The notes under the pieces are model-generated. The model ran no database searches, was not told the DNA's origin, and worked only from the letters and a program-made list of their open reading frames with translations. Both the position numbers and the translations under genes were made by a program. Positions 8,930-18,381 of a DNA stretch of 64,000 nucleotides are shown here, one piece after another. Source of the DNA: Emiliania huxleyi CCMP1516 (lineage: Eukaryota); NCBI RefSeq assembly GCF_000372725.1, contig NW_005201349.1, positions 140,323-204,322 of the forward strand. Direction: 5' to 3'. Each line of letters opens with the position of its first letter. Within the stretch, counting starts at the first letter, position 1.

Positions 8930-11572
8930 TCAGAGCTCGCCCGCGGCAAACATCTTGGACGCACCGTGGTGCATCGTCGGGTAGCGCAGCTGCGGCATGC
9001 CGAGCGCCGCCTTGAGCTCGGCGTTGCGCCCGCTCGCCGTGCGGTGCGCCACCATCGCCTCGGGCATGGAGCCCGTCACGTTGGCGCACGACGACTGGCA
9101 GATGTCTTCCTGGCCCATGATGACGCTTGCTAGCAGGTCCGCCTTGAGCATCGACCACGCGGGCGCGTCGTCGACGACCTCCAGCACCGTGCCGCTAGGG
9201 AAGCGGCTGATCGAGCTCGCCATCGACGCGGTGCCGCGCAGCGACGAGTCCATGCCGTGCGTCTCGACGATGTCGAACATGGAGAGCATGCGCTTGAGCA
9301 CGAGGCCCAGGTCCTCCGAGTGTACACGCGTGATCGGCTCGGCCTCGGCGCACGTCTCGACGCGGCACGGGTTGGGCCGCTTGCCGGGCGCGGAGGCCCG
9401 GCGGCTCAGCGCCGAGTCGGACGGCGCGTAGACGCGGTCGGCGACGCGCATGATCACGACGCGCACGCCGTGCGTCTCGCCAAAGTCGACGAGCTCCTTC
9501 TCGAGCGCGAGGAAGGCTTTCTGCACCTTCGAGAGCGGCTGACCCTTCGGCGGCGGCTTGCCGGCCGAGTCGCGGCCGGACGTCGGCATCTGCTGTGAGA
9601 GCAGCGTGATCGTGCAGAGGCGGCCCTCGCCGCGGCCCTTGGCGGCGATGAGCGCGAGCGCGCTGCCGTAGCGCTGGAGCACCGACTCGCCGATGGAGCG
9701 CTCGCCGACGGGCGGCACGTCGAGGACCACGTGCAGGTCGTAGGGATAGGATTGCAGCATCGCGCTCACCTTGTCGGTCGCGGTGATGTCGGCCGTCTGC
9801 AGGTTAGAGTACGTCTCCTGCTTGGCCTCGCGCAGCGCGGCGAAGTCGCTGTCGGAGGCGACGTTGAGCACGCGGAAGGAGCTACCCTTGAGCGCGTCGA
9901 CGACCTCCTCGGTGTAGCGCTGGTCCCAGCCGAAGACGACGACGGGCGTGGCGGGGCTGTCGGGCTCGGGGAGCAGGCCGAGCGTCTGCACGCCGAGGAA
10001 GGCGCACAGGTCGGCCGTCACGGCCCACGCGCGGCCCACGTTGACGGGGTACGCCTCGAAGCCCACCGCGTTCGACTCGCCCACGCCCTTGGTCAGCCGC
10101 GCCGACGCCGCCTGCAGCCAGCTGCCCAGGGCGCTCACCTGCTCCGCCGGCTTGGCGTCGGCCGCGAAGACGAGCGGCGCGATGCCGAGGCCGCGCCAGT
10201 TGCCCTTGGAGGGGATGGCGCGCTTGCGCCCGTCGGCGGGGCGCACGAGCGCCTTTGACTGCAGCATCACGCGGTAGGCCGGGCGCGACTGGTCGAGCTT
10301 GCGGATGTTGAGCGGCCCGGAGTGGAAGAAGGCGTCGCTGTCGCTCTCGCCGGAGCGGATGACGTTGCCCTCGCCAGCGACGCACGGCAGCGAGATGGAA
10401 GTGCCGTCGTCGTCCTTGACGCGCGTACCCGCCGTCGGCCCGTCGAGGTTCTCCGTGTAGAGGATGTAGACGATCGTGAACATGACGCTGTTCTCGGGCA
10501 GCGCGCCGTTGATGCCGAAGGGGCACGTGTCCTTGTGCCAGATGCCGCCCTTGGCCTTCGGGTCGAAGTTGGGGCCGTAGCGCCACAGGCGGTGCTGCCA
10601 CTCGATCTCGACCTCGTCGCCGAAGAGGTAGTCCACGTCTGATCTCTGCATCAGCAGCCGCCGCACCTCCTCCTCATAGGCGAGCAGGTCGGGCGGGCGC
10701 GCCGCGGGCGCGCCGCTCCCGTCGTCGATCTCGCCGAAGAGCTTGCCGCCCTTTTTGATGGCGTACGCGTCGCCGTCGCCGTTCAGCGCGCCGCCCGACG
10801 ACGCCTTCTTGGCGCTCGGGTCGGGCGGGAAGACGAGGTCCATCAGGTTGGCGCCCTGGTTGGCGTTGCCGAAGCCCACGTTGCCCGCCAGGAAGTAGGC
10901 GCCGGTGGTGCCGCCCTGACCGGCGCCGCCGTCGCCGAAGAGCGCCTCGCGGTGCGTCGCCAGCCGCTCTAGGATGCGCTGCTGCACCGCCTTCGGCATC
11001 ACGAGGTGCGTCACCTCCTGCGCGAGGTGCTTGTGCTCGGTGCCGCGCCCGTGGAAGCGGTCGGCGTTCTGGCGCGTCACGGCCGTGTCCATGTTGAAGA
11101 AGCGGTCGTTCCACTGCGCGACGGCGCGCGCGAGCTCGCTCGAGCTCGGCGCCTCCCTTGCCTCCGCCGCCGGCTCCTTCTCGGCCTCCGTGCACGACGC
11201 CGATGCATTGGCGGGCGACTCGCTCGCGGCCCCGTTGATGAAGCTCTGCAGCTTGTCGAGCCGCACAAAGGTGCCGCCCGCCGCCCCGCAGGCCGCCTCG
11301 GCCTGCTTGGCGGAACGGTACGACGACGGCAGCTTCATCGGGTGCTGAATGCGGGCCGTGACCTCCCACGTGCCCTTGCTCGCACCGCCGTCCTCCGGGC
11401 GGAGCATGAGCCGGACGCAAGAGTAGACGGCGCCCTCATGGACGACGGGCTTGAGGCCGGGAGCCTTGTGGTAGTCGATGGCGAGCCAGTCGGCGGCCGC
11501 TTTTGGCGCCTCCGCCCAACCGCATGCCGTCAGGCCCGCGACGACGAAAATGCTGCTCCGACGCATGGCCAT
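8930..11572 (-). CDS. Signal-peptide protein (880 aa): 2OG-Fe(II) dioxygenase-like domain fused to a degenerate atypical SDR/NAD-dependent epimerase-like domain
   Basis: Intronless ORF with a hydrophobic N-terminus. WHKD...FHSG...YRVM gives the HxD/H/R motif. The C-terminal VVVFGW, VIMRVADRVYAP, RVHSEDL, VVDDAP and LRYPT resemble atypical SDRs. Confidence 0.7.
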   Translation of the reverse strand: MAMRRSSIFVVAGLTACGWAEAPKAAADWLAIDYHKAPGLKPVVHEGAVYSCVRLMLRPEDGGASKGTWEVTARIQHPMKLPSSYRSAKQAEAACGAAGGTFVRLDKLQSFINGAASESPANASASCTEAEKEPAAEAREAPSSSELARAVAQWNDRFFNMDTAVTRQNADRFHGRGTEHKHLAQEVTHLVMPKAVQQRILERLATHREALFGDGGAGQGGTTGAYFLAGNVGFGNANQGANLMDLVFPPDPSAKKASSGGALNGDGDAYAIKKGGKLFGEIDDGSGAPAARPPDLLAYEEEVRRLLMQRSDVDYLFGDEVEIEWQHRLWRYGPNFDPKAKGGIWHKDTCPFGINGALPENSVMFTIVYILYTENLDGPTAGTRVKDDDGTSISLPCVAGEGNVIRSGESDSDAFFHSGPLNIRKLDQSRPAYRVMLQSKALVRPADGRKRAIPSKGNWRGLGIAPLVFAADAKPAEQVSALGSWLQAASARLTKGVGESNAVGFEAYPVNVGRAWAVTADLCAFLGVQTLGLLPEPDSPATPVVVFGWDQRYTEEVVDALKGSSFRVLNVASDSDFAALREAKQETYSNLQTADITATDKVSAMLQSYPYDLHVVLDVPPVGERSIGESVLQRYGSALALIAAKGRGEGRLCTITLLSQQMPTSGRDSAGKPPPKGQPLSKVQKAFLALEKELVDFGETHGVRVVIMRVADRVYAPSDSALSRRASAPGKRPNPCRVETCAEAEPITRVHSEDLGLVLKRMLSMFDIVETHGMDSSLRGTASMASSISRFPSGTVLEVVDDAPAWSMLKADLLASVIMGQEDICQSSCANVTGSMPEAMVAHRTASGRNAELKAALGMPQLRYPTMHHGASKMFAAGEL

Positions 11573-11604
11573 GTCGCGGTGATGAGTGGTGCAGACCGTT
11601 GTGC

Positions 11605-11637
11605 GTATGACGATGAGCGTGATTTCAGCATGGGCCT
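11605..11637 (-). promoter_or_regulatory. Shared upstream element, copy 1
   Basis: GTATGACGATGAGCGTGATTTCAGCATGGGCCT is the inverted copy of 13644-13674 and lies about 33 bp upstream of the ATG at 11572. Confidence 0.5.
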
Positions 11638-11720
11638 GGCAGTAGGGCCTGGCAGTAGGACCTGGCAGTAGGCCAGGCAGTAGAGGCCTGGCAGGCCTGG
11701 CAGGCCAGGCAGTAGAGGCC
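11633..11720. repeat. Short tandem repeat (GGCCTGGCAGTAG-like), about 7 copies
   Basis: Directly visible degenerate 9-13 bp repeats. Confidence 0.8.
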
Positions 11721-12186
11721 GCGTCCTTTCAAGAAAGAATTTTCCCTTGCAAAGGCTCTCGCACACGCACGATTCACACGACAGAGCAGACGACGGCCTC
11801 CTTAGAAGCCATCGTCCTCGCCACAAGAGCCGGCGTCCGAAATCCCCTCCTCCGACACCCGCCCCACCCCACCCCACCCCGGACCCCTCCCCAAAGCCCC
11901 ACCCCGTCCCGACCCACCCCGCCCTCCCCGCCGAAAGAATTCTATGCCCCCCCAGTCTGGATGTGAGGTTGCCGACTGCACTCCAAGTGCTCCAAGTGCA
12001 TGCCTCTCTCACAGCACCCTGGCACGACAAGGGCGCGGACTGGCGCGGACATGAAGAAAGAAACAAAAAACTCTGCATATTTTTCTCAATGATGAGAATG
12101 GTGGAAAAAAGGAAGAAGAAAAGGAAGAAAACATAGGGATAGAGGAGAAACCCCCTTTCCTCGATTCGATTTCGGTCGTTCTTCAT

Positions 12187-13141
12187 ACGAGCGTCATTTT
12201 GTAGTGAACAGGCCGAGTTTGCGGTTTGAGCGCCAAGCGCAGACCGACCGACCGCAGGGGGGCGTCCGGTCGACGGCCGCGGAAGACCGCACTCCGCAGA
12301 CCGGAGGGGGGGTCCGGTCGGTCGGAGCGCAGACCGAGGGGGGGGTCGGTCGGGTTGGCTCGAGGGTCACACACACCGCACACGCTCGCCGCAGCGCTGT
12401 GAATAAATTAGTATCTCGAAATACTAGAGACCAAGCGCCCTCTCCCCGTCTAATCACTCCTCGTCGTCCGAGTGGCTGAGCTCGAGACCGAGACGCTCAG
12501 AATTGGGTGGAACACGTACACGAGCTTGTTCGAGCTTGTCCATGTCCACACTCTGGTCGTCGTCGTCCATACATGCACATGCACACATGTACGATTCGCT
12601 TCGACACACTGTTTGTGTATTCGTTGACGAGCCGCTTGAGCGCGGCCAGAGCTCGTACAAAGCGACGGCGCAAGCAGGACCAGGCCTGCGACTGCGTAGT
12701 AAGATGCTCCCCCCCACATACAGAGAGAGAGATTTTTGTTTTGTGTCACATGCATGCACATGTACATGTGCATTGTGCAGAGAGAGAGATGTGCATGCAC
12801 ATGTGCATGCACATGCACATGTGTGGCTGTGGGGTCGGGCTTGATCGGGCCTCGGCGAAGAAGTCTCCTTGGCGCTTGGCTGCGTAACTAGTTTTCATAG
12901 TGAAAACCGGCGATTTCGAAGCGCCCGTGGCGGTTCGCGAGAAGGAGGGAGAGAGAGCGTTTGAGGGGGCTCACGGCAAGGACACCGACCGAGGGGGGGT
13001 CGGTCGTCACACCTCCCGCCGCCGAAAGAGCGACCGACCGGAGGGGGGGTCCGGTCCACCTCGGGGGCAGACCACCGACCGGCGGGGGGTCCCCACGAAC
13101 TAGGCGGTAGACAGGGGGGGAAGGTACAAAATGACGCGCGT
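12187..13141. mobile_element. Possible MITE-like element with a 17-bp TIR and clusters of GACCG(G)-A-G7-T-(C)CGGTC hairpins
   Basis: ACGAGCGTCATTTTGTA (12187-12203) versus TACAAAATGACGCGCGT (13125-13141), 1 mismatch. Hairpin motifs at about 12245-12352 and 12985-13090, with (CATGTG)n microsatellites inside. Confidence 0.45.
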
Positions 13142-13643
13142 GTCGGGTGTGTATTCTTTTTGCTTGGGCGGAACTCATGCCGGGGTAGGTAGGGTAGGTC
13201 TGGGCCCTCCCGTCGGGTTTTCCCCTCTCTTCACGCTGGAATTTTCACAGCAGAAAAAGAATTTTTCCGCGGAAATCACGATGTCAACCCTCCCCAATGG
13301 GAGATCTGGAGAGAGAGAGAGAGATCTCTTCTCTCAGATTCTAGATCTGGTGGTGGTGCTTGTAGGGCTTGAGAGTGGCCTGCCATGTCACAGGAAGGAC
13401 TGTGGTTGCAGGAGAGTACCACCAACCATCATTTTAGTTGGTATAATTCTCCCCCTTCACCCACCTTTGATTTCTTTTTTAGTTTCCCATAAGTAGGGTA
13501 GGTAGGTAGGTAGGCAGGTAGGTAGGGGCAGGGGCCGGCCGGGTTTTTGCAGAATTTCTTCTTGCCGCTCAAGCAAAAAGAAACACACGGGCGTGTCAGG
13601 ATTTCGAAAGGACGCGGTAGGCGTCCTGGGACGCGGCCCCGCG

Positions 13644-13674
13644 AGGCCCATGCTGAAATCACGCTCAGTCATAC
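13644..13674 (+). promoter_or_regulatory. Shared upstream element, copy 2
   Basis: AGGCCCATGCTGAAATCACGCTCAGTCATAC lies about 55 bp upstream of the ATG at 13729 and is the inverted repeat of 11605-11637. Confidence 0.5.
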
Positions 13675-13728
13675 TCGCTTTGGGGGTGGCGAGACGCCGT
13701 GCCAAAGCTCTCGCGCTGACGACGAATC

Positions 13729-16700
13729 ATGTCGTCTGTGGCGCGCGCACTCCTGCGCAACAACGTGCGTGCCGTCTTCGGCATCCCCGGCACGCACACG
13801 GTGCCCATCTACCGCGGACTGCAGGCGCTCGACGGGCGCATCTCCACCGTCACCACGCGGCACGAGGCGGGTGCCGGCTATGCTGCTGATGGCTACGCAC
13901 GTGCCACCGGAGAGCTCGCGGCCGTGTGCGTCGTGACGGGCATCGGCCTGACCAACACGCTGACGCCGATGGCCGCGGCGCTCGCCGACTCGGTGCCCAT
14001 GCTCGTCATTTCCTCCGAGGTGCCGTCCTTCTGGGCCTCCAAGCCGCAGCGCCAGTACTCTCACTTCGTGCCGCGCTGCGACGACGTCGCGGCCGCGGTG
14101 AGCAAGCGCTCGCTGCTCATCACGAGCGTGACGGACATCGAGGCGGCGCTCACCGAGGCCTGCGCGCTCGCGCGCGGCGGCCGCCCGGGCCCTGTACACC
14201 TCTCGATCCCCATCGACGTGCTCGCCGCGGACAACGGCGGCATCGCCACCACCGACGCCATCAACGCGGCCGCTGCCGCCGTCGACCTCGCAGAAAGCGG
14301 CCAGCGCGTCGGCCCGCTCTCCGCCGAGAGCCTCGCGTCGCTCCAGGACGCGGCCGCCGCGCTCCGCCGCGCCGAGCGGCCCGTCATCGTCGTGGGCGGC
14401 GGCGCGCGCGGCGCGTCGTCGTCGCTGACGAAGCTCGCCGAGGCGCTCGACGCGCCGGTGCTCTCGACGGTCGCGGGCAAAGGCGCGCTCGACGAGCGCC
14501 ACCCGCTCGCGGCGGGCGCGCGGCTGCACCACCCGCCGACGCGCGACGCGCTCCTCGCCGGCGCCGACCACGTGCTGCTCCTCGGCACGCAGCTCTCGCC
14601 GACCGACTACTGGCAATTCCAGCACGCGGAGGAGGTGCCGCTGCCCGCGCTGGCGGAGGGGCGCGCGACGCACGTCGACATCGACGCGCGCGCGCTCGCG
14701 CAGGGCGGCGTGGAGGCCCACGGCGGCCGCGCCGTCCTCGCCGACGCCAGCGACGCGTGCCACGCCCTGCTCGACGCCATCGGCTCCGACAGCAGCAGTA
14801 GTAGCGGCGCGGCACCACCACCACCGCCGCCACCACCGCCACCACCCACGCCGCACGCGCCGTCGCCGCGGCCAAGGCCGCATCCGACGCGCCGTCCGCG
14901 CTCTCGCAGACGCTGATGTGGGACTTTGAGGACGCGGCCGGCGGCGGCCAGGCCATGCTACAGACGCTCGCTGGCCTGCGCGCGGCGCTGCCCGACGACA
15001 CGCCGCTCGTGAGCGACGTCTGCCGCCTCGGCTACACGGCGCTGTCGATGTACCCCGCGCACCGGCCCTCCTCCTTCCTCTACCCGGTGGGCACGACGGC
15101 GCTCGGCTACGGCCTGCCCGCCGCCGTTGGCGCATGCCTCGGCCGGCGGCTCCACGGCGGCGGCGGGCCGGTCGCGCTGCTCGTCGGCGATGGCGGGCTG
15201 CAGATGAGCGTGCAGGATCTGGCGGTCGCCGCCGAGGAGAGGCTGCCGCTGCTGCTCGTCTGCTGGAACGACGGCTCGTACGGCGAGATCCGCCGGTCGC
15301 TGCCCGACTTCGCGACGACGGTGCCGCGGCCCGACCTCGCGAGGCTGTGCGAGGCCTACGGCATCGAGCACGTGCGCGCGGAGGACGGCGCGTCGGTCGA
15401 GGCGGCGCTCGCGTCGCCGCGCGTGCGCGCGCTGCTCGGGGAGGGCGGCGGCGGCGAGGCGGTGGGCGGCGGTGGCGGTGGTGGAGGGCCGATCTTGCTC
15501 GAGGTGAATCGCGCGTGGGACGCCGAGGCGTCCGCGACGGCTCCGACGATGGCGGCGGCAGAGGAGCTGCAAGAGACGACATTGGCGGCGGAAGACGACG
15601 CAAGCACGCCGCTCCCTCCGCAGCCGGTGCTGGGCACAATGACCTTTGGCTGGGATCAGGCCTCGCGGGTGGTCGACGCGCCCGTGGCGGCGGGCATGCT
15701 GAAGAGCTTCGCCGCGACGGGCGGGGTCGAGGTCGACACGGCGCGCATGTACGCGGGCGGCCAGACCGAAGTGATCCTCGCCGACGCGATCGACATGCTG
15801 CCGCCGGAGCAGCGCGCGCCGCTCCGCCTCGCGACGAAGGCCAACCCGGCGGGCGACGCGGGCGACGACGGCACGGGCGGGCTGAGCGCGCATCGTCTGA
15901 CGGAACAGCTCGACGCCTCGCTAGCCGCGCTGCGTCTGACGGGCGGGGCGGAGGCGACGCCGGGCGGCGACGGCGGCAACGGCGGCAGCAAGGGCGGTGG
16001 CGGCCACGTCGACACCTTCTATCTGCACTGGCCCGACAACGCGACGCCCCTCGACGAGACGCTCGCGGCGGTGCAGCGGCAGTACGAGCGCGGCCGCTTC
16101 GCGCGGCTCGGCCTCTCCAACTATTCGGCGGGCGAGGTGCAGCTCATCCATGAGACGATGGCTCGGCGCGGCTGGGTGACGCCGTCGGTGTACCAGGGCA
16201 TGTACAACGCGCTGGCGCGCGGCGCCGAGGCCGAGCTGATGCCGCTGCTGCGCGAGCTGGGCATGGACTTTTACGCCTTCAACCCGCTCGCGGGCGGGCT
16301 GCTCACCGGCAAGCACCGCCTGCACGACCTGGGCGGCGAGACTGGCGGCGGCGGCGGGTCGCCGGGCGGCGGCGGCGGCGGCCGCTTCGACAACAACGCC
16401 TTCTACCAGGAGCGCTACTGGAAGCGCGAGCTCTTCAGTGCCCTCGACGCCGTGCGATCCGCGTGCGAGCAGTACGAGGCGGGCACTTCGGGCGCGCCGC
16501 TGCCGATGGCGGAGGCGGCCATCCGCTGGCTCTCGCACCACTCAATGCTGCGCGGGACGGCTCATCGCCATGGTTGCATCGGCAGCGGCGTGGGTGGCGA
16601 CGGCGTGATCCTCGGCGCCTCCTCCGTCGCGCAGCTCGAGGCCAACCTGCGGGCGTGCCAGGCGGGGCCGCTGCCGCCGCCCGTGGTGGCCGCGTGGGAG

Positions 16701-18299
16701 GAGGCGTGGGAGGCGGCGCGGGAGGCGGCGCCGCGCTACGACGGGTACGGCCTCTCGGGCTCCGCCGTGCCGAAGGAGAGCGCAGGGACGACGACGCCGG
16801 CGACGGCAACCACAGCGGCGACCGCGACGAGCGGCGGCGAGGACGATGGTTGCTGCTCCGCCGAGACGGCGGCGGGCACGGAAGCGGCGGGCAGCCCGCG
16901 CGTCAGGGAGGTGCGCGTGAGCAACGGCGGCGCGCAGCTCGAGCTGGCCTTCTGCGACGGCCGCAAGTACAAGCTGCACGCCGGCTGGCTGCGCGACTCG
17001 AGCCCCAACGCCTTCAACGCGAGCTACGTGCGCCGCTCGGCGCGGCACGTGCGCGGCGCCGCGCGCGCGACCGTCGCGGCGGCGCGGCCGGCGGCCGACG
17101 GCTCGGCGGTGCTGGTCGACTTTGGAGAAGGGACTAGCAACGGAGGGATGGGTACGACGGGCGCGGCGGGCACGGCGGCGGCGGGGGAGGAGGCAATGGA
17201 GCTGGAGCGCTTCGACGCGGGCTGGCTGCACGCGTGCGCGCCGTACGTGGGCGAGGCGCTCGACCAGGCCTCGCCGCGGCGCACCGTCGACGGCGCGGGC
17301 TACCTGCTCGAGGGCCTCGAGCGCCGGCTGTGGCGGGCCGGCCACGAGGTCGCGCAGTTCGACGCGTCCGAGATCACGCGCAGCGACGCGTGCGCCGCGC
17401 GGCTGCTCGAGACGATGGCCGTCGACGGCGTGGCGGTGGTGCACGGCTGCGACGCGCCGAGCGCCTTCGACCTCGACGCGGTTGGCGAGCCGGTGAGGGC
17501 GCTCGCCCAGCGGCTCGTCGGCAAGCTCTACTCGCACCCGCGCCGGCGCACGGCGTGGGGCGTGATGCGCGAGCAGATGGCGACGAGCCGCGCCAAGGAC
17601 CACCTGGCCGACTACAACTTCGCCCACCCGCTCTCTATGCACACAGACCACGCCTTCATCGACGACGTGCCCGGCTACCTGCAGTTCATGTACCAGGCGC
17701 AGGCGAGCGTGCGCACCTCGGTCGTCGACGGCGTGGCCGTCGCGGAGGAACTGCGGACGAGCGACCCCGCGGCCTTCCAGCTGCTCTCGAGCGTGCCGCT
17801 GACGCACTCGCTGCGCACCGTGCACTACGACGCCAACGGCGACTACTGCCACCTCGGCTCGCTGCACGACGGCGTCTTCGAGGACTGCCACACGCACCCC
17901 ATCCTCGAGCTCGACGACGGCGGGGTCGTGCGCCGCGTCGCGCACTCGGAGATCAAGCGCGGCGTGTGCGCCATCCCCTACGACGTGTACCACGACATCA
18001 TGGGCGCCTACACCACGTGGCTGGGCATGCTCGAGGACCCGCGCTTCGTCGTGCCCGTCGAGTGGCCCGAGCACACGTGCATCGTGCTCAACAACCACCG
18101 CGTGATGCACACGCGCGCCTCGCCGCCCGCCGACGGGCGCGAGCGCATCATGGTGTGGGCCTACGCGCAGAAGCACATCACCGAGCTGCGCTACCGGCTA
18201 CTGCGCCAGCAGATGGTCGAGCGCGGCGGCGTGAGCGACGTGTGGACCACGCGGCTGCCCAACCAGATCGTCGGCGAGATCGCGGGGGTGGGCAAGTGA
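13729..18299 (+). CDS. Trifunctional fusion (~1490-1520 aa): ThDP-dependent 2-oxoacid decarboxylase (ALS/AruI-like) + AKR7-like aldo-keto reductase + gamma-butyrobetaine hydroxylase-like (TauD-family) dioxygenase. Frame break at 14805-14913 (GC-AG intron 14809-14909 or a 1-nt indel)
   Basis: ThDP motifs: VFGIPGTHT, RHEAGAGYAADGYAR, GYGLPAAVGA, GDGGLQM...WND. AKR7 motifs: VLGTMTFG, DTARMY, ATKANP, FYLHWPD, GLSNY, YQGMYN, FNPLAGGLLTGK, GASSVAQLEANL. BBOX motifs: WLRD, MHTDH, NNHRVMHTR. The ThDP C-terminal domain, AKR and dioxygenase lie in one uninterrupted ORF. Confidence 0.88.
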
Positions 18300-18307
18300 G
18301 CTGAACG

Positions 18308-18381
18308 CCGGTCGTCATCGTCGCCGTGTCCCAGCTTGCCCTGCCCGTCGCAGCCCCAGCTCCAGACGCTGCCGTCCGCGG
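18308..18381 (-). pseudogene. Short RCC1-repeat remnant, the upstream half of the repeat continued at 8876
   Basis: The minus strand reads SADGSVWSWGCDGQGKLGHGDDDDR. Confidence 0.75.

Noticed and set aside
13669..18176. Long antisense ORFs (13669-15639, 16542-18176) and similar shadow ORFs across the window
   Set aside because: These are Arg/Pro/Ala-rich by-products of high GC3 on the opposite strand of genes with clear motifs.
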